In this document: piece by piece, positions 28,840 through 36,963 of the stretch
Position numbering within the stretch: position 1 is the first letter of the stretch
Layout of the letters: each line of letters starts with the position of its first letter
NCBI GenBank assembly: GCA_029932465.1
Contig: JAOZQA010000006.1
Span: 1-57,243, forward strand
Length of the DNA: 57,243 nucleotides
Source of the DNA: Thermoplasmatota archaeon
GTDB lineage: Archaea > Thermoplasmatota > Penumbrarchaeia > Penumbrarchaeales > EX4484-36
Direction: 5' to 3'
The notes under the pieces: model-generated
Seen by the model: the letters and a program-made list of their open reading frames with translations, nothing else
Told to the model about the DNA's origin: nothing
Database searches by the model: none
Program-made: the position numbers and the translations under genes

Positions 28840-29388
28840 TCACCTCATTTTTATTTTATCAAGCACGGGGGGAAGGAGTGCCTTTACCTTCTGATAGAAC
28901 CAGATGAACTTCTCTGCCTCATCTCGTATCGCTTCCTCAATCTCTGCATACCTCCTCTCCTCGTACAGCTGGGGTATACGTTCCCCGGGGCACTTAAGTT
29001 CAGCCACAAGCTCCAGGTTTGCACCCTTGAAACTCCCTTTGTTCAGTATCACAAGAACAGGTTTCAGATCAAGGTAGGGCTTCTTTCCGAAGAGCCAGTT
29101 GGCTGATATCTTCTTCTGCAGCTGAAGCCATGCCCTCTCCCTTAGGAAGGCAAAGATGAAGGGTATGTTGAATCCTATCGGAACGAAATCAAAATCCCCC
29201 CCTCCTATGAAAGTGTCAAGGAAGCTCCTTAGCACTCCCTCCTCTCCCATCTCCCACTCTTTCAATATCACAAGCTCCCCCTCGATTCTCCCTGATATTG
29301 CCCCCAGCCTCTGATACTGAACGGTTATGATCTTGTCTCTGCGCGGGTCCAGCCCAGTGGTCTCTATGTCAAGGTAGTACTCCGCCAT
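28840..29388 (-). CDS. RNase H-like (DEDD/DnaQ-type) 3'-5' exonuclease domain protein
   Basis: YYLDIETTGLDP..DKIITVQYQ, PIGFN, LDLKP. Start ATG 29388. Confidence 0.8.
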   Translation of the reverse strand: MAEYYLDIETTGLDPRRDKIITVQYQRLGAISGRIEGELVILKEWEMGEEGVLRSFLDTFIGGGDFDFVPIGFNIPFIFAFLRERAWLQLQKKISANWLFGKKPYLDLKPVLVILNKGSFKGANLELVAELKCPGERIPQLYEERRYAEIEEAIRDEAEKFIWFYQKVKALLPPVLDKIKMR

Positions 29389-29392
29389 ACTT

Positions 29393-29797
29393 TCATACCC
29401 TCTTCCACTCATAATATGGTTTCACGTTGAAATATATCCCTACCCTCTCAGCATCCCTTCTCGATGGTGTGGTACCCTCCATCTTCTTCGCGCAAACAAA
29501 ACAGGCCTTCACCTCATCCCCCATTCCAACGTTCATTGAGTGTATTCTCATGGGGTAGGCGTGCTTTGGGCATATAGATGCGGAGCAGAAGAAACACTCC
29601 TCCTCCGCCTCCTTGCCGCATTCAAGGCACCTTCCATGCTGGGCAGGAGTTGCGGTGGCGGCTCTATCTGGCTTTTTTGAGCTCTCTTCTCTCCAGCCCT
29701 CAAGCTCCCTCATCATTGCATCATACTCTGCTCCGCAGGAGGGGCAGAGACTCTCGCCCGCCCTTAAACGGCCACCGCAGACAGGACAGAAAGTCAT
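29393..29797 (-). CDS. Zinc-ribbon / zinc-finger protein
   Basis: FCPVCG..CPSCG, CLECG..CFFC..ICPKH, CFVC. Confidence 0.8.
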   Translation of the reverse strand: MTFCPVCGGRLRAGESLCPSCGAEYDAMMRELEGWREESSKKPDRAATATPAQHGRCLECGKEAEEECFFCSASICPKHAYPMRIHSMNVGMGDEVKACFVCAKKMEGTTPSRRDAERVGIYFNVKPYYEWKRV

Positions 29798-29798
29798 C

Positions 29799-29957
29799 TC
29801 ACTCCCTCTTCTTCAAAGAGGACTTCAGCTGTTTGAGTTGCTTCTCCACCTTCTCCAATCTCTGAATGATCTCTTTCTGGTTCCTAAGCACGCTGCGGAG
29901 CATCTCCACAGTGTCCTCCATTTCCGCCATTTTCTCTATCTCATCCAGTATCCCCAA
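29799..29957 (-). CDS. Small coiled-coil protein (52 aa, missing from ORF track)
   Basis: GGAGGTG RBS, TTG start, MGILDEIEKMAEMEDTVEMLRSVLRNQKEIIQRLEKVEKQLKQLKSSLKKRE*. Fills the operon gap. Confidence 0.75.
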   Translation of the reverse strand: MGILDEIEKMAEMEDTVEMLRSVLRNQKEIIQRLEKVEKQLKQLKSSLKKRE

Positions 29958-29969
29958 CGCCACACCTCC

Positions 29970-31106
29970 TTATTTGACCAGTTTCCCCTTAGCCCCACAG
30001 TTGGGGCATATGACCGTTATGGGTCTCTCGGTGGTGGTGATGGGTATAGGTCCGCCACAGTGCGGACACTTTATGGTCTTGTAGATGACGGGTTTCGCCT
30101 CAGCTTCTTTCTCTTCGGCCTCTGGAATCTCCTCCTCAGCCTCCATCTCCACCTCTTGAGCCTCCTCCACCTCAATGGCCATCTCTTCCATCTCTTCGAT
30201 CTCCACCTCTTCCTCCGCTTCCTCTTCTAGAGCCTCTTCTCGTTCCTCAAACTCCTCTTCAGTCACCTCCACGGGGACCTCCCCCGGCTCCTCTTTCTCC
30301 TCCCCCTCCTCCATGATCTCCATCTCCTCCTCTTCCGGGGCCTCCTCTTCTACCTCTACCTCTTCCCGGGGTATCTCTTTCTCCATGTAGCTTTCCATGG
30401 TCTCCTGGACCTTCTCCAGAAGCTCCCAAGCGTCCTTATTCTTGGCGTCCATCTGAAGCACTCTTCTCAAATCCCGCTGTGCCTCCTTGAGGTTTCCTAG
30501 GGCGAAGTGAATCCTTCCTCTCTCAAGATAACCGTGCAAGGTGCTGGGACTGGATTCAATAGCCTGGTTTATACAGGCCAGGGCTTTCTCTATATTGCCC
30601 CTCTCCTTATGGGTCTGGGCCATAAGGAGCCAAGAGGTGAAATGCTCCGGATCGTGTTCGACAGCCTCTTCCAGGCAGTCCAGAGCATCCTCTATCCTCC
30701 CAAGGCGGATGAAGGTACGAGCCTTCCAGTACCAGGCAAGGCTGTTCTCGGGGTAGAGGTCAAGGCTTTTCTGGAAGAACTCCAAGGCTTCCTCCAGGGC
30801 ACCTTCAGTGTAGAGAAGAACCCCTTTGTAGAGGGGTGCGTAGGGGTTCTCCGGGTCCTTTTCCATAACATCGTTTAGGATGTTGTGCTTTATCTTCGGG
30901 TCAACGTCGCCAAGCCTGAGGTAGCGGAAGCGGAAGTACTCCCAGGATTCAAGCTTTTTGAAATAGCTCCTGTCAAGGTGAAGGTCCATAGTCAGTTGAT
31001 CTAAAAGCCCCCTCTCATCCAGACTGACCTTTCCGTCGGTCAACGCCTTCCTGAGGAGTCTGATGTATGAGTTTATGGCCTTTCTCTCCTCATCCTCTTC
31101 AATCAT
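29970..31106 (-). CDS. TPR protein with TerB-like N-terminus, acidic linker and C-terminal Zn ribbon
   Basis: KALTDGKVSLDERGLL, about four TPRs, poly-Glu stretch, CPHCG..CPNCG. Confidence 0.85.
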   Translation of the reverse strand: MIEEDEERKAINSYIRLLRKALTDGKVSLDERGLLDQLTMDLHLDRSYFKKLESWEYFRFRYLRLGDVDPKIKHNILNDVMEKDPENPYAPLYKGVLLYTEGALEEALEFFQKSLDLYPENSLAWYWKARTFIRLGRIEDALDCLEEAVEHDPEHFTSWLLMAQTHKERGNIEKALACINQAIESSPSTLHGYLERGRIHFALGNLKEAQRDLRRVLQMDAKNKDAWELLEKVQETMESYMEKEIPREEVEVEEEAPEEEEMEIMEEGEEKEEPGEVPVEVTEEEFEEREEALEEEAEEEVEIEEMEEMAIEVEEAQEVEMEAEEEIPEAEEKEAEAKPVIYKTIKCPHCGGPIPITTTERPITVICPNCGAKGKLVK

Positions 31107-31142
31107 TCCCTCACGCTCCTTTTACGAAGGGAGGAGGGACCT

Positions 31143-31400
31143 TCAGTACGGTCTCACCCTTCTGGGCGGTTGCTGGGGCTGGGTGTACTGGGCCCTTCTC
31201 GCTGCAGACCTCCTGTAGCTTCTAGCCAGCTCCGGAAGTATCCACCCGGCAAGGCCCAGCAGTATAAAGGCCACACCTGTGGTCTGAAGCAGTTCCAAAT
31301 TTCTCACTGTTGAGGACAGTGAGGAGGCGATCAGAACAATTGGCCCCATTATAAGCAGAACCATAGGGATTCTATATGACTTGACAAGCACCTTTACCAC
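31143..31400 (-). CDS. Small two-TM membrane protein
   Basis: GTG 31400 start after TATA at ~31440. Two hydrophobic helices, basic tail. Confidence 0.65.
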   Translation of the reverse strand: MVKVLVKSYRIPMVLLIMGPIVLIASSLSSTVRNLELLQTTGVAFILLGLAGWILPELARSYRRSAARRAQYTQPQQPPRRVRPY

Positions 31401-31438
31401 TTTGATACCCCCTTGTAGGCAAATAAAGCCCGAAGCTC

Positions 31439-31454
31439 TATATAAAACATTTCC
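31439..31454 (-). promoter_or_regulatory. BRE/TATA promoter for the 31400-28840 operon
   Basis: Minus-strand GGAAATGTTTTATATA. Confidence 0.55.
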
Positions 31455-31469
31455 TTGAACCCGGGGCAC

Positions 31470-32489
31470 TTAGAGTATCATCATGAATACTATGAGAACG
31501 GCCAGCACCATGAACACCGAAAGTTTCAGCCCGTGGGTTATGCTCCCTCTGCTCATAATCCCTGCCACGATGCCGTCGCCAATGGCTTGTATGAAACCCG
31601 CGAAGAGGAAAAGGAGTCTTATCTTCTCAAAATCAACGTTCTGGGGGTTGAAGGTTGTGGTCATGCCAGCACCCATCCCGCCCTCTTTAGAGTAGCTCTC
31701 GGCCAAATCCTGCATGGGTGGCACGAACTGCTTGAAGATTATGGCGATCACTGCCAGGAAGACCATGAAGGCGACCACGATCACCAGCGTGTACTCTCCC
31801 ATGGCCATCCTCCTGTTCTTTTTCATGAGCTGTAGCTCCCTCGCGTCGTTAGCGGCAGCCTCCAGAACGGATGATATATTACCCCCGGCTTCATTGGCCC
31901 TGACAATCAGGCTCACCGACCTCTTTATGAGGGGTGTCGGGAGCCTCTTTGCGAACATTTCAAGGGCCTTTGTGGCAGGGACGCCCCAGGTGATCTGACG
32001 GGCCATCTTTTTGATCTCCGGGGTCAAGGTTCCATAATCACCCCGGGAGGCGGTAATGATAGCTTCGTGAAGGGTCTGGCCTGCCCTCATGGACTCCGCC
32101 AGGTCCCGGAGGAAATCGGTAAGCCCTTCCTCAGCCTCCTCAATCCGCTTGTACTTCTTTCCCAAATATATGGTGGGGGGGCCGAAACCGAGGATGTAAG
32201 CTATCATGATAAGGTTCCACTTGTCTATCCTCAGGTGTAGCTTTGGATGGAGCTGGTACATGATGTGGAAACCCGATTGTGCCAGATACATGAAAAGGAG
32301 GAAGAGGAGAGCAGAGATAGCAAACAGGGTGTATTTGAAAAGCTCCTCCCTGGAGGCCTTCAGCCTGAAGGTCTCCTCTACTTCACCTTTCCGGAAGAGC
32401 CGACCAAGTGGTCTTCTGAAGGCCACCCCTTCCCCGGGGGGTATTATTACCTTCACATCTTTTCTTCTGGTTTCCCTTTCCATCTCCAT
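31470..32489 (-). CDS. Type II secretion system F family (TadC/PilC-like) membrane platform protein
   Basis: DFLRDLAESMRAG, DYGTLTPEI, EAGGNISSVLE, multiple TM helices. Confidence 0.9.
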   Translation of the reverse strand: MEMERETRRKDVKVIIPPGEGVAFRRPLGRLFRKGEVEETFRLKASREELFKYTLFAISALLFLLFMYLAQSGFHIMYQLHPKLHLRIDKWNLIMIAYILGFGPPTIYLGKKYKRIEEAEEGLTDFLRDLAESMRAGQTLHEAIITASRGDYGTLTPEIKKMARQITWGVPATKALEMFAKRLPTPLIKRSVSLIVRANEAGGNISSVLEAAANDARELQLMKKNRRMAMGEYTLVIVVAFMVFLAVIAIIFKQFVPPMQDLAESYSKEGGMGAGMTTTFNPQNVDFEKIRLLFLFAGFIQAIGDGIVAGIMSRGSITHGLKLSVFMVLAVLIVFMMIL

Positions 32490-32503
32490 ACTTTCGCCTC
32501 ACA

Positions 32504-33406
32504 TCACATCTTTCCGGCATCCTTCAGAAGCACGGCAAACAGGAACTGCATGGCGGGAATCATCAACCCCACAATAAGTACCAGGAACTCCTCCCCCGCT
32601 TTATCTCCAAGCATGGCCATGACCGCCATGATAACTATAAGGAACAACGGGGCCGCCACAACCACCGTCACGAAGCTCTCAGCCATCACTCCCAGACTCT
32701 GCAAGTCCTGTTGCAGAAGGAGCCTAGCATCCCTCATGTACTCCTCGGCCTTCACATCAAAATATTTCTTCAGGCTGCCCCCCGAGCTTGAGGTTGTGAT
32801 GGTGCCTTGGAGAAACTCAGCCCACTTGTCGGAGGGGGAGCGGACTATAGCCCTCTTAAGGACGCTCATGAGGTCCATACCCAAAAGGTCGATATCCCTA
32901 GCGATCTTCTCCGCCTCCTTCTGTATCTCACCGTATATATCCTGGGTCGCCAGCCCTCTGAAGATCTCCGCAGGGGAGACATCAGCGGAGGCCATGGCAG
33001 CCATGTAGTTCACCGCATACGGCATGGTACGGTCTATCTTCTTGCCTCTCTCTTTTATGGTGGAGGTAACTCCGAGATAGTGATATATAAAAAATCCCAG
33101 AGCGGTTGTCACGATAGGAATGGCGTAGGTCAGCAGCTCCTCCAGAAAGGCGGGGAGTCCACCGACGCCCTGGGACTCGAGGAAGGGGAGGAAAAAACCG
33201 AATATTATAAGGTCAGCGATTAAACCGGCCATAAACGAAACTATCAGCGCGAGGATGAGGGCGGAGTAGTAGATCTCTGCGGTTATGTCCTTTCCCGCCT
33301 TCTGAAGCTTGAGCTGCATCTTTTTATTGCGTCCGGCAAAGGCTTTCCCTAGGTTGGATATCCCCGGGAGATTGTATGCCAGCTTCTGAAATCCCGTCAC
33401 GCCCAT
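32504..33406 (-). CDS. Type II secretion system F family (TadC/ArlJ-like) membrane platform protein
   Basis: PYAVNYMAAMASA, YGEIQKE, LLGMD, SPSDKWAEFL, SGGSLKKY, AESFVT. Confidence 0.9.
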   Translation of the reverse strand: MGVTGFQKLAYNLPGISNLGKAFAGRNKKMQLKLQKAGKDITAEIYYSALILALIVSFMAGLIADLIIFGFFLPFLESQGVGGLPAFLEELLTYAIPIVTTALGFFIYHYLGVTSTIKERGKKIDRTMPYAVNYMAAMASADVSPAEIFRGLATQDIYGEIQKEAEKIARDIDLLGMDLMSVLKRAIVRSPSDKWAEFLQGTITTSSSGGSLKKYFDVKAEEYMRDARLLLQQDLQSLGVMAESFVTVVVAAPLFLIVIMAVMAMLGDKAGEEFLVLIVGLMIPAMQFLFAVLLKDAGKM

Positions 33407-33414
33407 TCAATCAC

Positions 33415-35664
33415 CTACGCTGCGACGCTCTTCGCTTTGAGGTGCTCCTTCCGCCCCTTCTCGGCGGCCCTCTCGAAAACCTCAAGTGGGTTCCCTTCAA
33501 CTTCCGGATTCTTTTCAATGATGCTCAGGGTTCTGTGGGGATCTTCGTAGTACTCGCCCACAACCCTTGCCACGTCCCAGAACTTTCTCACTCCGTTCTT
33601 CACCATCCAGCTGATGATTTCTGCCCTACGATCTCTCTCCTCAAGCACTTCATCCCTGCTTAGGTCTTCCATATCCATTATCTTCTCATAAAGATTGGAG
33701 TGGCCACCGTAGACGAAGGTGTCGGTCCTTGGGTTCCACCTGAACACCTGGTTAGTGACTATCTCCAGAGTTGTGGGTTCTATGTCAATGATCTCCACAA
33801 GCTCCGTTATCCTTCTGACCCTCTTCTCTTTCACCTTCAGCTGCTTGTGAATTGCCACAAGGTTCAGGGCTTGTATGAGCACGCGAGGTATCCCTATTGG
33901 AGGATTCTCTAGCCTGTAGACTATGGACTTCACGGAGTCCGCGTGCATAGTTGAGTAGGTGGTGTGTCCCGTTGCCATGGCCTGGAACATGGTCATGGTC
34001 TCCTTCCCCCTCACCTCTCCCACTATAACGTACTCCGGTCTCTGCCTGAGGGCCGCCCGGAGCAGGTCATACATTCCTATGTCCCCAGGTCTCTCCGCCT
34101 CAGCACCCCCTCTGGTTATTCCAGCTATCCAGTTCTCGTGGGGGAGGTTAACCTCCCTGGTGTCCTCTATGGATATGATTTTGGAGGATGGGGGTATGAA
34201 AATGGATATGGCATTCATGGTGGAGGTCTTCCCCGAGGCCGTACCACCGGCGAATATCATAGACTCTCCGTACTGCACTGCCAGCCAGAAGTGGGCGGCC
34301 ATATCCGCGGACATGGTGTTGTTCTCCACAAGGTCTACCACAGTGAGGGGCTCCTCGCGGAACTTTCTTATGGTGAAGGAGGAACCCCGGGTGGTCACCT
34401 CCCTGCCGTATGTGGCGTTAAGGCGGGAACCATTGGGGAGAGTGGCATCCAGAATGGGGTTTGCCACGGAGATTGTCTTTCGGCACTTCTGAGCGAGGCT
34501 CACCACAAAGCCATCCAGTTCCTCATCTGTGGGGAAGGCAACGTTTGTCTTGATAGAGCCGTAATCGCGGTGGTATAGGTATATGGGAATGCCGGGGCCA
34601 TCGCAGGAGATGTCCTCCACGTGCGGATCGTGCATGATGGGGTCTATCTTGTTGAAGCCTAGGAAATCCCTCACAATATAGTAGCGAACCTTCTCAAGAG
34701 AGTTCTCCGACATCTTTATCCTGTAATCCTCCATCACTTTGTCTAAATGCTCCAACAGGAACTTTTCTCTCCTCTCCTCTTCCACCGCCTCAAGGGAGTA
34801 GGGGAGCGATACCTGAAGCAGGTCCTTCAGTCTCTTCAAGTTGTCCTTCTCAACATCCGAAAGTGGCGGTTCAATGACCCAGTATATGTAATTGCTGGTC
34901 TCTGGATCTAGGTAGATTCTTATCATGGCCACCCCGCCTCTCACCTCGTACTCTTTAAGCACTTTCCAGTCTGCAGGGGGAAGATCCTCTTTTAATGTCC
35001 TCGGGACCCGCTTTGGCTTCACCAGCGGGGGCCCAACCTCCTCCAGGGCCGTGGTCCTCCTTTTCCTCTTCCTTATGGACTCCGTAATCGTTGTGAGAGG
35101 GCTGAAAATGGTTTTTATGCTGAACCTTCTCTCGGGGGCCTTTCTCTCCAAGGCCTCTTCGGGCCTTCTCTTCAGCTCCCCTTTTCCCTCTTCCTCCTTC
35201 TCCTCCCTACTGACCTCCGCTTCGATTTCCTCTTCCTCCTCCTTCTGTTTCTCCACCTCTTTACGCTCTTCCACCTCAAGAGGTGGGGTGACCTTCTCGG
35301 AGGGAGCTCTCTCTTTTTCCGGTGGAATCGAGGGGGTCTCCGGCGGGGACACCTCCACAGTCTCCACGGGGGGCTTTACGGTGGGCTGGGGGGCAGGCGG
35401 AGCTGGAGAGATGGCCTCTTCAGTGGAGGGGGGGCTTTCGCTGCTTACCTCTGGGGTAAGGGTGGTTTCGATAATCTTTAGAGGGGGAGGTGGAGAACCG
35501 GAGGAGATGTATCTCTCTCTCTGCGGTGTGGGGGTGCTATCTTGGATTTCGGGGGGTGGGGGGGGCGGCAGAGGGATGTCTGCAGTGGACAGCTCTTTGG
35601 GAGCATCGGGGGTCATCCCGCCGTTGTGGTCATCATCTCTCTTCTCGGTATTTACATCATCCAT
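33415..35664 (-). CDS. Type II/IV secretion ATPase (PilB/ArlI/VirB11 family) with long Pro/Glu-rich N-terminus
   Basis: EDISCDG, SFTIRKF, Walker A GGTASGKTS, IEDTRE, ALRQRPEYVIVGEVRG, TGH..STMHA. Confidence 0.93.
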   Translation of the reverse strand: MDDVNTEKRDDDHNGGMTPDAPKELSTADIPLPPPPPPEIQDSTPTPQRERYISSGSPPPPLKIIETTLTPEVSSESPPSTEEAISPAPPAPQPTVKPPVETVEVSPPETPSIPPEKERAPSEKVTPPLEVEERKEVEKQKEEEEEIEAEVSREEKEEEGKGELKRRPEEALERKAPERRFSIKTIFSPLTTITESIRKRKRRTTALEEVGPPLVKPKRVPRTLKEDLPPADWKVLKEYEVRGGVAMIRIYLDPETSNYIYWVIEPPLSDVEKDNLKRLKDLLQVSLPYSLEAVEEERREKFLLEHLDKVMEDYRIKMSENSLEKVRYYIVRDFLGFNKIDPIMHDPHVEDISCDGPGIPIYLYHRDYGSIKTNVAFPTDEELDGFVVSLAQKCRKTISVANPILDATLPNGSRLNATYGREVTTRGSSFTIRKFREEPLTVVDLVENNTMSADMAAHFWLAVQYGESMIFAGGTASGKTSTMNAISIFIPPSSKIISIEDTREVNLPHENWIAGITRGGAEAERPGDIGMYDLLRAALRQRPEYVIVGEVRGKETMTMFQAMATGHTTYSTMHADSVKSIVYRLENPPIGIPRVLIQALNLVAIHKQLKVKEKRVRRITELVEIIDIEPTTLEIVTNQVFRWNPRTDTFVYGGHSNLYEKIMDMEDLSRDEVLEERDRRAEIISWMVKNGVRKFWDVARVVGEYYEDPHRTLSIIEKNPEVEGNPLEVFERAAEKGRKEHLKAKSVAA

Positions 35665-35739
35665 GAAATTCGCCCCTTAAAGGCCCCTTACCACATCTTC
35701 AGTCGTTTATCAATCGTGCATCTATGTTACTTCAAACTC

Positions 35740-35756
35740 TTTATATAAAACTTTCC
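35740..35756 (-). promoter_or_regulatory. BRE/TATA promoter for pilus ATPase operon
   Basis: Minus-strand GGAAAGTTTTATATAAA. Confidence 0.5.
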
Positions 35757-35785
35757 CCTTCTTTCCCTGGGGAACCCTTCCCCGG

Positions 35786-36859
35786 TCAGGTTATTACGTC
35801 CTTCAGCCTGCCGAAGTCCCTGGCGAGCTTGATCTCCCGGGCAATCCTTCTTCCCGTTGACATGTTCTCCTCAAGGAGGTCCGAATAGGGCGATCCTTTT
35901 ATGAAAAGGTTCGTTCCAGCGACAATTCTAGCGGATATCTCGAAGACCACAATCTCAAGGTCGTCTTTCACGACGCTTTCCAGACAGAAGGGGCCTATGA
36001 TCCCACCGAAGAGTTCCAGGCTCTTCTCCACGGTTTTCTCTGCGTAGTCGAAAACCTTAGGGAGCAAAGATTCCCTTATGGCCACCGGGGCGTTCCCGGT
36101 GACCACAAAGGTGGGAACGATCCCCTGCTTCTTGAGCTGCTCCTGGGAGCCCAGCTTGTACATCTCATCTATGTTTGATTCGTCCCTCCGGTCTATAGAG
36201 AGCATCTCAAGGGTGCCCCTGCTCAACTTGTATCCCTCTTTCTTGATGGGGGAATAGAAGAAATGGAAGTAGTACCTGGTCCCCAGAATGTATTCCTGGA
36301 TGGTGAAGCCCTTACTACGATCTATACCGTCCAAGAAATCCTGGTAGTTCCTGGCGATAAAAAAGCCCCTTCCGCCCTTGGCGCCGTCATATTTCACTAG
36401 AACGGGGAAGTTGATCTCCTTGGGATCTTTGACCTCCCGGGGCATTCTCACACCAGCGGATGTGAGCCACTCCCTCTGTTTTCTCCGGTCCGACTCCCAC
36501 TCCAGCACTCTGCGGTTCCCGAAGGTGGGAAGAGGCAGGCTGCGGAAGTTGTCCGCCCCGAGATATTCGACGAAGGAACCGTGGGGTACAAGAATTACGT
36601 TCTTCTCGATCAGCTGGTCCTTTATGTCGAAGATCTCCTGATAGGAGTCCACCGTGAGAAACTCGTCGGGCTTGGCCAGGGGAAAGGCATCGTAGTATCT
36701 CGGCGGCTTCTTAAGGGCAATGCCCAGCGTTTTGAAACCCTCAAGTCTTGCACCGTGGAAGATCTGAAGAGAAGAGTGGGAACAGACGGTGGTTATGGTG
36801 AGTTTCTCCTTGTCATATTCATCGATCAACCTGTGGATGCGTCTTACATCTGCTTCCAT
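35786..36859 (-). CDS. purP: 5-formaminoimidazole-4-carboxamide ribonucleotide synthetase (ATP-grasp)
   Basis: [58 protein letters not shown]. Confidence 0.92.
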   Translation of the reverse strand: MEADVRRIHRLIDEYDKEKLTITTVCSHSSLQIFHGARLEGFKTLGIALKKPPRYYDAFPLAKPDEFLTVDSYQEIFDIKDQLIEKNVILVPHGSFVEYLGADNFRSLPLPTFGNRRVLEWESDRRKQREWLTSAGVRMPREVKDPKEINFPVLVKYDGAKGGRGFFIARNYQDFLDGIDRSKGFTIQEYILGTRYYFHFFYSPIKKEGYKLSRGTLEMLSIDRRDESNIDEMYKLGSQEQLKKQGIVPTFVVTGNAPVAIRESLLPKVFDYAEKTVEKSLELFGGIIGPFCLESVVKDDLEIVVFEISARIVAGTNLFIKGSPYSDLLEENMSTGRRIAREIKLARDFGRLKDVIT

Positions 36860-36963
36860 TATCTCCTACATGTATTTTCCTTAAATCAATCTTTCTATTT
36901 TTCTCCGTTCAAATTGCGGTGCACTGTCCCTCCCGGGGCCTCCTCAATAAGCCCCTCGGGCCA

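Noticed and set aside
28530-29106. ORFs 28530-28907 and 28735-29106
   Set aside because: They overlap real genes, lack motifs, and the sequence is better explained by promoter plus structured RNA.
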